Origin: Takakia lepidozioides
Taxonomy: Eukaryota; Plantae; Bryophyta
Direction of reading: 5' to 3'
Assembly: GCA_030704615.1 (NCBI GenBank)
Contig: CM060731.1
Span: 3,596,001-3,660,000, forward strand
DNA length: 64,000 bases
The notes below the pieces were generated by a model that made no database searches, was not told the DNA's origin, and was given only the letters and a program-made list of their open reading frames with translations. Positions 22,993 through 36,136 of the stretch are shown in pieces. The translations under genes and the position numbers were made by a program. The stretch's first letter is position 1; each line of letters opens with the position of its first letter.

Positions 22993-24537
22993 AGGCAGGT
23001 TCACACGGCAAAAATCCGTCCGTCCCATCCAGACGTGGCAGCTGCAGCGGGTGTGGCGGGCCGGGGTCCACCCTTGAGGAACGCAGGGACAGACAGCTTG
23101 GCCACTGTAGGTACTTCTCGTTGTCCGTCGTTGTCCGTCCCATCCCTCATTCCTTCTCCCTAACTATCATGGCTAAAACATGTGTGTAGGGTTTAGCCGA
23201 CACTACAACAAATTGGGGGGGGGGGTTTGCGACGCCAGCCGCGCCCCCACGCCCCACGCGGCGCTGAGCCCGCGACGTCGAGTCCGCAACGCTTTTTTGC
23301 GACGCCCCGGCATCGCAATCCCCCGCTGCGACACCATTACGACGCCCAGCCGTCGTCAGGTGGCATGAAGGGGGTTAGAGGGCCCTCGCTACGACGGATT
23401 TTTTTTCTTGCGACACCCAGCGTCGGAAATCCTAAAATAAAATAAAATAAAATAAAATCGGCGTCGCTCAACGAAAGCAAAAGCGTCACTAAGGGCGCCC
23501 CAACGCCTCTGCGACGCCAGGGCGTCGCAACAGCATCACCACAGTGGGAGTTTTTTTTTTTTGTTTTTTTTGGGCTTTGCGGCCCTCAACTTCACAAAAG
23601 CGTCGCTGGGGGCGCCCCGCGCTGGGACGCCCAACGTTGCGACGTCAGGGGTCGCAACGGCGTAGCCACAAGGGGACGCAATGGTGTTGTGGTCAGCTTA
23701 GGTCCACACAATGACGTCGCTTGGGGCGCCTGACGGTGGGGGGTACAACAACGGTGACGATCCTGGGGCTGGGCACTAAGGCTGTGGAGGTTGCAACTCC
23801 CCGGTGTCACAAGAGAGACCCCCTTAGAAAGAACGTGAAGGAACTTGAAGGAAATCTTTATATGTATATATATATATTTAGATTGTTTTTGTAATACATA
23901 GATATAGCGTAGGTGTGTTGGTTAGTTTGTAGTGTCTTAGAAATGTTATAACGTGGAGGTCTTAGGTTCAAGTATGCATTGCATGATATATGTAGAACAA
24001 TGAACATATCGCCATTAAACATAATCGAAGTCAATGGTCAACGCCGGAGTCAATGGTCAACAAGTTTTTGAAATTCAAATTTCAAATTTCAAATTCAAAT
24101 TTTCCTGTCTAAATTCAAATGTACCCCCTTAAATTGTGACGTCCGGGCGTCGCCTTTTGCGACCCTGGACGGTGCTAATTCTGCATTGCAGAGTAGTTTT
24201 TTTTTTTTTTTTTTTTTCCCGACGCTCGGGCGTTGCAAATCGCGGTTTCGCATAGTTGCAACCCCCGTTGGTCGCAAATTTGATTTTTTTTCCCCACCCG
24301 AAAAGGGCTGTTTTACGACGCCACGGCGTCGAAACCCCCCCGCCCCCCCCTCTTTCCTTGTAGTGCGGAGGGCTTTTTATGAGAGCTTCTCTTGCTAAAC
24401 TTATATGTTGCGTCAAGTGTGTACTATCGCGTGTGAACATGTTGCACCATCAGTCCCGTCCGCCCCCTCCACACGTGTGGAGGGCCCACCGCTATGGCTA
24501 GATGGGACAGACGGATTTTTGCCGTGTAAACCTGCCT
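22993..24537. mobile_element. PIF/Harbinger-type non-autonomous element inserted in the LINE
   Basis: ~37-bp TIR AGGCAGGTT(C/T)ACACGGCAAAAATCCGTC(C/T)GTCCCATC at both ends. Flanks TAA and TGA form a TNA-type 3-bp TSD with one mismatch. Confidence 0.8.
23201..24365. mobile_element. Non-autonomous CACTA element nested in the Harbinger element
   Basis: Begins CACTACAA and ends TTGTAGTG, with flanks CGA/CGG and dense GCGACG/CGTCGC subterminal motifs. Confidence 0.88.
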
Positions 24538-24750
24538 TGAGAGAGCAGGTCAGTCCAGGAGGAAGGTAGACCACCCATCACAGTATTCCAAGCCATGGCA
24601 ATCCTTCTGGAGGAAAACCCTATAGCTGCCGTGTCCGGAGAATTCAAGGATATCATTCCTTCATCCCAGAAATGCAATAGATGGGCCAGCCCTACAGCTT
24701 CCCAAGCAGCCCAACGTTTAGAACAATGAATGAGATCTTTCAGAGTCACG

Positions 24751-24958
24751 ATTTTTTTTATTTTTTTTCATAAAAGAAACCTAGGAGCGATTACTCACAA
24801 TTCAGGCCCTTGAGGAGGGGGAAAAGTTAACCCCCTTTCAGATAAGCCATTAGGCACATAGGTGGAAACATCACCACCAGACCAACTGGTCAAGGCAGCG
24901 GGTTTGGAACCCTGAACCACCAGGGCGACACACTGTGCACTTACCAGCTGATGTGCGA
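24751..24958 (-). mobile_element. tRNA-derived SINE
   Basis: On the minus strand: A-box-like TCAGCTGG, B-box-like GGTTCCAAACC, a 3' body shared with 9594-9678, and an A-rich tail. Confidence 0.65.
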
Positions 24959-25095
24959 TTGTAGTTACCAAACACGTAGAGGGTCTGGTTTTTCTATGTG
25001 TTGTGATTAATGCTCATGTGAACAGCTGAAAATAGTTTGGCAGATTTTGAGTTTCGCAAATTATAGTTTAGCTATGGACTAGGTAGTCGGGGAGG

Positions 25096-28012
25096 TGTAA
25101 TGTGCTAGATTAGTCGTGGCTAGATTCAGTGATCCACAACTATTAATGAGGGGATGATGTCGTTGCAGTGGGGCCAGCTTGTAACGGACCTCTCTGACAA
25201 GGTCCTAGAATACCACACTGGAATATATAATGGTCTTCTTATAACTGTATAAGTAAGAGGGACACTAGCCTCTACGGCAGTGCGATTTTGGGATGAAACC
25301 TTGGTGAACATCTGTGAACGGGCTCTATGTCGTACTTGTATTCTCACCGTGTGCAAAGCTACTTCAGGTTTACGTAGAAACTTAGCCGCGTTTTGAAGAG
25401 CAAGCTTGAAGGTGTTTGACAGATCGCCAACGAGAACAAGTTCAAGCGATTGGGCAGAGAAAAACGCTGGATTTTGAGACGACAGGAGCGGCTGAAGGTG
25501 GAAAACCAGCTCAACGAGTTCAGACAACATAATCTGTTTGGCACATACATAAGACCGAATCACCCTACAATGCAGCAGCTCCAGGCACTTGTCGAGCGTG
25601 AAGAGAAAGGGAAGAAATGGAAAGAGCCTGTTGAACATCCAACTTTTGCTAAGCTGCGGGGTCAGTTGCGAGCTGAGGACCAGCTCCCAGTATCTCGAGT
25701 AGTCGAAGTTCTATGGCTTCCTTACGCAGCTAGTCCTGAGGGTTCATCTGTATGCTAATAGGCATCAATTCGTGACTTCTGCACGTTAAGCGCTTCAAGC
25801 AAGCCACAATCAGGCCTCCTAGTTATCCAAGGCTCAAGGGGTGTTACCACGGATATGACTTCAAACGGTTTGACAATGGTGTTTATCTTCGGCCAGGACG
25901 TGACTCGTTGCTGAGTCTTTCTTCTACTGGAGGGGAAATCACGAAGTTGGTGAAACGTTGAATGATCATGACTTGTTGATCACATAAGAGGAAGGTTTGG
26001 AGTACACAAGGGTTTTTATCTGACATAACTACTTGCACGCATATCAGGAACGAGCTGTGGCGCTGTATATGCAAGGGGAGCACGTCTTGGTAGACTTGTA
26101 CATCGCCAAGAACACTTGGGAAGCGGACGACGTTCCTCTAGCCTGCCCAACGCTGTTCTGGGATTGGGAAGATTCCAGTGCACCATTCAGTACAAAAAAG
26201 GGCGTCTCCACAGCAACGCCGATGCCTTGACATGATCTATCCCACAGAAGTCTGAAACACCTAGCAAGTTGGAAGATTTTTTGGATGAAGGCGCTCTCAC
26301 TGAAGGAGACCAACCCTCCACTCTGTTCTCGTGGCTTACTTGGGTGAAGTCCCCACAGGCCTGGGTGACACCACACGCAAACAAGTAAGATACCACCTCC
26401 GTCTTAGAGGTACCTACCCGAGAGGAAGTTCCAGCTTTGTTTGCTTTGTTTCACTCCTCTAAATTTTCTGGTCACTTTGGAGTTCATAAGACCATTGCCA
26501 GGTTGCGTGAGAAATATCATTGGGTTGGTCTCAATACAGATGTGGCTCAATTCATCAAACTTTGTGCCACCTATCAAGTCAACCGAGCCATGCTAAGGGA
26601 ACCCATTCCTCAGATCTTGCAACCTATTCCTGTCACCAAGCCCTTTGCTCGTGTGGGTTTAGACATGTTGGGCCCTCTCCTTCCTAATAGTTCAGGCCAT
26701 ACGTATATTGTTGTTGCAACTGACTACTTGTCTAAATGGGTGGAACTTCGACCCTTGCCTACCTTGGACAATGACTCGGTGGTACGGTTCTTCTATGAGG
26801 ATATTATCATGTGCCACGGCTGCCCTCTTGAGATCCTCACTGACAATGGCATTGAATTGGGTATTTTGTGCATGCACATGGGTATTAAGCAGTTGGCTAC
26901 TTCACCTTATCACCCTCAATGCAATGGTCTCACAGAATGTTTCAACAAAACACTTTGTGATCTCTTGACCAAGAATGCCGAGGAAGATGATTGTTGGGAC
27001 CAGGTTTTGAATGTTGTTTTGTTTTCTTACAGAATCTAGCACAGGCTTTACTCCTTTTGAGCTAGGTTACAATCGTCGATGTAACACTCCTTTGCATCCT
27101 ACGCCTTTACGGGTGGTTGTTGTGCATCCACATGACCTTTTTAATCACATGAATCAGCATCGCAAATGCCGCCGAGTCATTGAGGATGAGGCTCGCTACA
27201 ATATGGCTGTTTCGCAGTCTAGATCCAGGCTGAGAACTACGACAAACGCATCACCTACAGTGATGTCTTTTCCATTGGTGATACAGTAGCATGGCGGCAT
27301 CAGAAGAAACAAGATTCCAAGGGCAAGTTCCGGCCTCAGACTTTCATCTCAGTCACAGCCCCATCCTATGTCATCCCTGGTGCTGATTTAATTCACTGAA
27401 AATTAGAATTAGGCTCCTCTTGTCTGAATTTTGAAGGTCGCACAGTTGAGTTCATAGCAGCCCCTCTAACTAGGAAACGCAAAACTAGAGCAGCTCCTTC
27501 CGTCACCGTTGTGTTAGTATAAAACAGCCCTTACATGTGAGACCACAAACGCGACGGGGTCATGAGTCCTTGGCAGCTTGCAGCTTGGGACAATAAGGCC
27601 TGTAGTCACTGTTTGTTCCTGTTTAGTTCTTCTCTTATACTCGCAGGAGCTCCTTCCATCTCCAAGGGGGGGGGGGTCTCTACATATGTAATGTGCTAGA
27701 TTAGTCGTGACTAGATTCAGTGATCCATAGTTATTAATGAGGGGATGATGCCGTTGCAGTGGGGCCAGCTTGTAAGGGACCTCTCTGACAAGGTCCTGGA
27801 ATACCACACTGGAATATATAACGGTCTTCTTATACCTGTATAAGTAAAGGGGACGCTGGCCACTACGGCAGTGCGATTTTGGGATGAAACCTTCGTGAAC
27901 ATCTGTGAACGGGCTCTATGCCGTACGTGTATTCTCACTGTGTGCAAAGTACTTCAGGTTTACGTAGAGACTTAGCCGCGTTTTGAAGAGCAAGCTTGAA
28001 GGTGTTTGATCA
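25096..28012 (+). mobile_element. Internally deleted Ty3/gypsy LTR element (no RT)
   Basis: Direct repeats at 25096-25421 and 27687-28012 (TGTAATGTGC..., about 20 differences by eye). G-run PPT at 27664-27676. RNase H tail (YKKGRLHSNADAL) and integrase at 26437-27039 (GHFGVHKT, GLDMLGP, LTDNG, YHPQCNG). No TSD or TGG PBS found. Confidence 0.9.
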
Positions 28013-29444
28013 CCATTGTTTGTTGTTTAATCCTGCGGCTATTGATAATCCCCCACGGCGTATGGTTTCTCCCCTATCGCGCGTTGCATAATCAGCCACG
28101 TCGGTCCAACGACCGATATCACACGGAGCTGATCACTGGCTCTACAGAGGCGAGACTAGCTACGGGGTGTAGCCGGACACTAGTAGTGCCGAGATGCGGG
28201 AGCGTCAAGGGATTCCTGGTGTCCAGCTACACCCCGTAGCCTGTCGAGCCTCCCCGTCTACCAGACATAACCGAGGTGGTGGTGGGCTAAGGCGGGTGAC
28301 ATGCCTGTCCAGGATAAATTAGACACTGCCACGTAGGCAAAATGTCTCCAAACCTCGGTTATGGATTATACTTGGGTAGCTGGGGAATATGCAAAATATG
28401 CCCTTGTGTTCATGTGAGCATGCTTACGTACTACCAACCTCCTTGCGGGGGTTGGTACCTTGTGAGCACACAACAGCGTGAGCACCATCTGAGTGTGAAA
28501 AAACGGCATGAGCGAAACCCATGGTTACAAGGGTAATATAGTAAAAAAACGGAAACACAAGTCAAAGCGGATATGTGTACTTCAACAAAAAATGCGAGGA
28601 GTACTCGTATAAAAAACATATAGAGTTTAGGAGGGTTTCCTTGGAGAAACAAACCCTCCCCTCAAAACGAAAAAACTCATGTGAGCACAAATCTGAACAT
28701 TTGTGTGAGCATTTTCATTTCACTGTAGCATACTCTTAGAATTTAAGAATATATGGAAGATTCTGGTATGCTGTCGTGAGTTTGTTGGCTAAACCCTCCT
28801 AAGTGATATGGTTTGAGTTTGGAGAGTCTGGTTGGTGAAATTAAAAAAAAATTAAAAGTAAAAACCGGAAAACTTAAAGACAGTTTCTCAAGAGAGCAAT
28901 AATTGTGGGTGTGTATTATTACCGTGTAAAGCAGGATTTTGTTTGGCTAGAGCATATCTAGAGAATCTAGGTGAACATTTGAAATATTCTTATGGTTCGC
29001 ATGAGCATGCTCATCCGCAACCCACCCGGGTGGCAATCAAGTAATCTGCCCAGTAAAATAACTTAGTTACCAATCAGAAACTAGTCACTAGTAAACTAGT
29101 TTACTGCCCAGTAAACTACTTACCTAAAAAGCGGCAGAAACTGCTACCTATGTATTCACGGTGGAGGGAATCTTCTGATTTTCAGATCCGACGGCCTACA
29201 AGAGAACATATTTGGCCATTTAGAAAGGACGTTGTTGTCCTGGAAATGCGCCCATGACATCTTTACCGTAAGTCCATCATCTTTCACTTCTACAGATTAC
29301 GATCTAGCCATTTAAAAATCTAACGGTCCAAAATGGGCCAATGAGGAGGGCTCTTTTGAGGAGCAGTGACACCCCATGCTGACACGTGATTATATTGAGA
29401 AAACAAGGTGTGTTTTGTGCTGCGGTACTGAAAGTGCCATCTGT

Positions 29445-29445
29445 T

Positions 29446-29489
<44 letters not shown>
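29445..29489. repeat. (TG)n(AG)n microsatellite upstream of the protease gene
   Basis: Directly visible. It could act as a GAGA/BPC element. Confidence 0.9.
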
Positions 29490-29491
<2 letters not shown>

Positions 29492-29845
29492 GCATTGGAT
29501 GCTTGCTGCATTGCATTGCTGCTGGTTTCATTGCATCGTTGCTGTTGGGTTTTTGGGGTTGATCGAGCATGTTGAGTGTGGAATGGATCTGAGGAGAAGC
29601 AGGTATTGGGTTTATTCAGTCGCTTCTCTTGTTGCCATGACTACGCCAGGGTGTGTCCCTCCATAGCCAGGAGCGAGTTGGGAGGTTCGAGATAGTAGCT
29701 TTAGCACGTAAATCTGGAAGTCCTTCTCTGTGTGCAATGTAGCCATTGTTTTCGGGTTCCCACTAGGTGTCTCTCTGTGCGGTTGAGAGCCTCCTCTGTC
29801 CGGAAGTGGCAATAAACGGGTCGTGGATTGAGGAAGGCGGCGACT

Positions 29846-32684
29846 ATGGACATGAGAACGAGGGCCAGCCCTCGGGGCTGTAAATGGGGTGCATTCTTGG
29901 TGAATTTATTCTTTTGTTTGGCAAATGCTATAGCCTGCGCGCGCGGTAGCCATCTTCTCTCACGCAATGGTACAAGCTACCAGGTCCTGGACGTGGAGTT
30001 ATTCAGACAAGGGGGGAGCTCACTTGGACTACAAAAATTTGCTGAAAAGCTCCGGAATTCTACCTCTCAAGATTCATACCCGAGAACGGACTGGAGAAGT
30101 GATCTGAAGGAGGGGGTGCGCTTGGATCTAGTTCACAGGGATGCTCCGACCTCGCCCTTCAGAAAATTCGGGATGACCCGGGAAGAGCTTCATACAGAGA
30201 TGTTGGGGAGAGAGAATGCTCGCGTGCAGGCCCTCGCGACGCACATGGGCAATGCAGTTTCCAGCAACCATGGGGGGTTCGAGGAAACCTCTTCCCCTGC
30301 ATGGAATCGCGCATCAACAATGTCCTTGAGATCGAGCAGTGGCCCGGCTTTGAGAGACCCGGTGCAGTCTGGGTTGAACGCTGGCACTGGGGAGTACTTT
30401 GTAACACTGCAGGTATGTCTGTCTGCACATTTTGGTATGTGTTGAATGTCACATGCATCAATCCCAGATAAGGAAATAAACGGATTCTTCAGGAAAGGCT
30501 GAGACTGTTTCCTCCATCAAATTTACTTGAGAGTCTCTCAACAGAGTGCTCGAGACATGGGGTTAAAATGCAAAAGCAAGTGGGTTGAGTGTTTGCCGAG
30601 GCTTAATCTGGGTCTCTGACCTCTAATCTTCAGGAGCCAGAGTTGTCTTTGTCGCGTCTCGCTCCCTCACAGCTTCCTTTCTGTGGATTGAACAGTGGTT
30701 TAGACGGCAATCAACTCGCCACTTCCTTTCTGGTGCACATGAAGAAAGGTTTAGTTTTCAATCAGCTTGTCACCTTACCCTAGCTTCCATCACTCCTCCA
30801 GCCACTGGATGACTAAGGCCATGGGCATAGGTGCTACTGTTTGAACATATATGCCAGTGATGTCTAGACGACAGTGACGCAACCTGGAAACACCAAATAA
30901 TTGAACTCAAATAACACTATATCCAACAAACATCATTTGGTTTCTTGAACCATTTTCTCACACCTGTGTCCAAAGGTCGTCCAGACTGCTAGGAGCAGCT
31001 CTCCGACAAAGTTGTAGTGAACTTCATCGATAGCGTAGTGGGGCACATGTTATGCTATTGTTGATTGATATATGCCTTGAATTTGGCTTAGGTGGGCACG
31101 CCTCCCAGGAACGTGATTGCCACCATCGACACGGGAAGTGACATATTCTGGCTGCAATGCAAGCCATGTCAACAGTGTTATGATCAAATTGGGCCCATAT
31201 TTGATCCAACGCAGTCAGCATCTTTCAAAAGCCTGACTTGCACCTCTCCTGTGTGCTCAGAGCTTGCTTTTTCCAAATGTGGGAAAACCACCAATAACTG
31301 TGTCTATGCAGTAGCCTATGGAGATGGTTCACTTACTATTGGAGATTTCTCTCAGGAGACTCTTACACTGACATCCATTTCCGGCAGGCCATACAAAATT
31401 CCACAGTTCTCATTAGGATGTGGGCATGTTAATCAAGGATTGTTTGTCGGATCTGCAGGAATTCTGGGGCTGGGAAGGGGAAAACTATCATTTCCAACGC
31501 AACTTGCAGGAATAGTTGCAAACCGGTTCACATACTGTCTTACTGACCGCTTTGTCAACCCCAATGCAAACAGCCATATCTTCTTTGGAGAGTCTGCCAC
31601 TCAAGGACTGCAGTACACACCACTGACAGAAAGCCCCCACCAACCTGCTTTCTATTATGTTGGGCTCACTGGCATTACAGTGGGACACAAAGTGATCAGC
31701 TTTCCTTCCTCAGTCTACAGATTGGATTCCAAGGGCAATGGGGGTGTAATTCTTGATTCAGGGACTTCAATCACACGGCTAGCAGAACCTGCATATGCTG
31801 TCTTCAGGGACTCATTTCGGGCAGCAACCACTTATCTCAAGCGAGCATCGGGAGATACCCTGTTCGATACATGTTATTCCATCACAGGAGCTGCCACAAC
31901 GATTCCAGCTGTGAATCTGTTGTTTGAAAATAAGGTTCACACTCTACTTGCCCTTTGCTTTGTTCAGTTATTTTTCATGTTGCACCACATTCATTTCACT
32001 GTGTCCGGGAAACCATAGACTGGATCTTGCTTCGTCCAGGCCTGCAATTTGCAACACTTCATAACTGGATTGTTGTCCTCTGTATGCAACCCAAATGAAA
32101 ATTCTATGGTAAATCGGAGGGGCAGATTGAGAGCTGCTTTCACTCTCAGGAGCCTTTTGTCATCGTAAATTAAAAAGGAACTCATCTTTACTGAGGGACT
32201 CTTCTATAATTTAATGAATGGTTCACTGTCTACTTAACACTCTTATGTCCCTTAGCCTCTCATGAGAAGAGCGCCACCCCAAGACGCTGCAGGCCCCAAA
32301 AAACAGTCATCGCATCCGACAAGCTGAAGATCTACATGGTTGTTTCTGTCTGCAGAGAAGAAAGTCCTTACCCCATCTTTCTTTCAGAGGATAAATTGCG
32401 TCTATTGCGATTAAAAGTGGCAAAGTTCTGAATGCCATCAAACAGTCTGGTTGAGATTGACTTTTGTATGTGTCTGTTGATGGCAGGCCAGTTTAGCTCT
32501 TCCTGCAAACAACATTCTGCTGCCAGTTGATACACAGGGCACATTCTGCCTGGCTTTTGCCTCCAGTGGAGTGGCTGGAAACATCTCCATCATTGGAAAT
32601 GTGCAACAACAGAACTTTAGGATTGAGTATGATTTAGCAAATTCCAGAGTTGGATTTGTCGGTGCCAACTGTGCAGGTCAGTAG
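29846..32684 (+). CDS. Secreted A1-family aspartic protease (nepenthesin/ASPG-like); exons 29846-30412, 31092-31934, 32487-32684
   Basis: Signal-like N-terminus, LVHRD, GTGEYFV|VGTPP, catalytic DTGS and DSGT, C-terminal IIGNVQQQNFRIEYD..VGF..C. The GT-AG introns preserve frame. Confidence 0.93.
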
Positions 32685-34014
32685 CTAGGGCATTACATAA
32701 CGGAATACTGGATGTAAGGGGTTTTGATAATCAAAGGTGTCTTGTTTGGCATTTTACAAAGTTGCAAGGTCCAGCGTGACCCAATCTCTCTTTTTAAGTT
32801 TTGCTGAAGTTTCCAAGAGCACATTTGTAAGGTGCTTGGATGTTCAAAGGAAAGAATTGGGTGTCAAATCATCTGACTGCACACTGAATTTCTCAAAGAG
32901 AAGTGCCTCTTCCTACTGGATGGAGTGTGCCCTTTTAAGAGGTAAAGAAAGCACTCAGCTACGAGAACGGGGCACTACTTAGCTAAAACACCATAACCAG
33001 CCTTGGCCAAAGCCCTCCAGAGTATTCATTATAAGTACGGGAAGGGCCCCAGATCTCCCAGGGATTTTCTTCCAAAGCGATTTTCTTGCAGGCGGTGTGA
33101 TGGACGCATGGGTAGTCGCATTCATTGCGTGTCTGTAATAAGAGCAAGTCAGAGTCTTCAGCAAATGCTACGTACTGACCGCATTTAGTCTTTTGGGTAG
33201 TGTGTAGCGTCAGTCAAACTAGGGGTTCATTGGGGTTTTAGTTTCGAACCTGAGAAACTCAGGTTTCTCACAATTGGTGAGTGTCAGACTCCAAGCTCAT
33301 TGCAATTCGTAGATGGAACAGGACTGGTCACCACATGGTAACTGCCATTGGCATGCTCCCACGGAGGAAATGCACTCATTGTGCTAGCTACGACTGCAGG
33401 CATCATGTCGACCTTACAAGGAGGAAGATCTTACTGAGACTTCTCTTCTCCCCAGAGATACAGGATTTGGGGACGTGGAGAGATGGTCTTATGCATCTTC
33501 TTCCAACTTGCAATCACACCTTCACCTTATCCGACATTCCCCATTTCTTCCAACGTTCGCTATGTATCTCCTTGATTGCCACTGCTCCTACACTGTTATT
33601 CGACAATGGTTCTAGTTGCAAGCTTCATACACCCTGCATGAACAAACGCATGCCCTGGCAAAGGTTTTTAACGCTTTCTCATATGTAAGAATCGACTGGA
33701 GAACTATCCAGCGTGGATGTGTAGAATGAATGCATTCTTAAGGTTGATCATGACCTGGCCATTTGTTTTTAAATACGCAGCTGTCGTGTGATGTGCCAGG
33801 GACACCGAATCGTCCTAACGATCTGTAGTCCAGTTCATCAGATTATAGATAGTGAGGGAGATGACAGCCTCCCATCATATCAGGGGGGGGGAAAAGGAAA
33901 AGTAACAGTCAGCAAGAGAAGGATGGATGTTGGAGGCTGGGAAGATGGCCCTACACCTTCCCTGCAAAGACCGTCGCTGTTTGGAATTCCGGCAGCTTGC
34001 GCCTTTCCACGGCC

Positions 34015-36136
34015 ATGGCGCTCACTGGTCCTGCTTCTGTCTCTCTGCCTTCATTCCCCGCACTTGGTGCTGTGACAGGCTGCAGTATAAGTACTGTGCG
34101 TGCATTGCCCACCTTCTCAAACCTTCTCACTCTTGTGTCCCCTCCTGTTTTGCGTAGTGATAGGAAATCCAACTGTTCACCACCCACCTGCCATCTCGTC
34201 TCTCCTTCAACTTTCAGAGCAGTTAGCTGTAAAGTGCCGGGTTTGTCACCACTTGGCTCTCGGGGATTTTCGTCTCTGAGGGGCGGTAGCAAGGTGGGTT
34301 CCTGTCTTCCTGTGGTCAGAGCTATGGCTGACGAGGAGGTGAAGACCGTGCCCAAAGTGGTGGAGAAGTTGGGGATCACAATTGAGAAGAACCCTTCTGA
34401 GTCTCGGATTACTGAGCTCAGCATTCGTTCATGGCCAAAGTATGTGTCCTTTTCGCGATCGTTGAACGTATGTTATTATGTGCCTGTTTGTGCACCCTCT
34501 TTCTGCATTGTCCCCGGAGTTCCTTGCGAGTTTTTTTCGACGTCATAAAGTTTCTGTTCTGCCTATGACAAACACACACCTTCTTATATCCGTGTCTGCG
34601 TACATGTCTTACTTTCTGAACATAAGTGATGCTTCGTGGGCTCAAGGAAGTCTCTTGAGATAAATCATTTGTAGTTCAACTGTGAATATGATTGTGTATT
34701 TAGCCTTAGTGTCAAGTCTCTTCCACGTAAGTCCTCCGGAGACTGCAGTCCTTCGTGGTGGAATAAGAAGCAGGGAGTAGCAATCTACGTTATCCATCAC
34801 TTGGGCCTTTGGCCTCTTTGAGGAAAGGGCAAGAGCGGACAACCGGCCTCGTCCCCAAAGAGATGGCCGCAAAGTTCAGTAATTCTCCTCATCCCAGGGA
34901 CCCTCTCCTCCCTTTCCCTCTCCCTCTCCGTTTGCACACAAATATATTTATGTCTCTTCCCCCTTGTCCATCAAAACAGAACATGGGGTTTTTTGGACCA
35001 AGCAAAGACAGTACAATGAGGATATCATCTATGTTTGGCTTATTCCTGCAATTTCCTGAAGTGGGCTGCAGGGTTCTGTAGTTCTGAAGCCTTCGATATT
35101 TAGTTCTGGGCTGAAAGGGAATGTCCTTGAGAGTGATAGTTTGCCTTCTGTTTATCTTAGATTAGGATGTATTTCCTGCGAGGATCAAGTAATACAGGAG
35201 GCAAGGACTTTATAATGTCAGAGAGCCATGAGAGCCCATGGGACAGGGTAGAACAGACTATCAGGGTACTTCAGTTGTTGTGCTAAAAAGAAGTGCCTCA
35301 AGCAGGTAGGCCAAGAGGCACTTGGGATCTTGAAAGCTACTAAAGGATTGTGAATCTCTTAAAGACAATAGTATCTCCCTCGGATCTTGGAGTATGCAGG
35401 GCAGAAGTGGTGGCTCTGTTACCACTTCCTCCAATGTGCAGACCTGACAAACTGTAACCTTTCACATTTGACCATTTCCCTGTTTCAATTGGCAGCCTGG
35501 GAGAGCCAACTTGGTAGGCACCAAGGGACTGCATGAGGGCCTAGAAAATTTCTCGTAGAGGTGGGGAGGGCATGATATGCAGCTGTCTGTGATTTTGAGG
35601 AAATCTTTTCTGTAAAATTATGGTCAAATCTGAATGTTGGTTAAGTCTCTCTGGGTCCATGTTTTCTGCACATAGAACTTCCTGAGAGCTTCTGGTATGC
35701 TTGCAATACAGCACCATAGCCAATACTGCTAATGTTTGTGAACTGACGTGATTTGGATTCGTCACCCTCATCAACCTCCTCATCAACCTCAACGGTATCT
35801 CCCGAGCCGACAATCATGCGGGACTCTTGGTTTCAGTCAGTTTGTCTGTGCGATGTGAGAGAGAAAAATATTTTTTTTTCTAAAAATTAATGTGTGGCAT
35901 GGGATGGCTGGCTGGTGTTGGAGTTCAGGTGGGGCTGCCCTGCCAGTAAGTTTCCATGGACATACGATGCACAAGAGACTTGCTATCTTCTTAAAGGAAA
36001 AGTGAAGGTGTATCCAGAGGGATCAGCTGACTTCGTAGAAATTGGAGTAGGTGATTTGGTCATTTTCCCCAAGGGAATGAGTTGCACATGGGAGGTGACT
36101 ACAGCTGTTGACAAGCACTACAAGTTTGAGAGCTAA
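34015..36136 (+). CDS. Plastid-targeted RmlC-like cupin (cupin_3/DUF861, TRR14-like); exons 34015-34439, 35929-36136
   Basis: Ser-rich transit peptide, then KLGITIEKNPSESRITELSIRSWPK|WGCPASKFPWTY...ETCYLLKGKVKV..DLVIFPKGMSCTW. Confidence 0.92.

Larger units (their letters stand above)
21632..24750 (-). mobile_element. 5'-truncated L1-like LINE (3' part of ORF2 plus poly-A tail), interrupted by DNA transposons
   Basis: Poly-T run at ~21633-21659 (the tail on the minus strand). zf-RVT-like WADIWK..KIATFLWR..CISC..LEHC. ORF2-like sequence resumes at 24538-24749. Confidence 0.8.
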
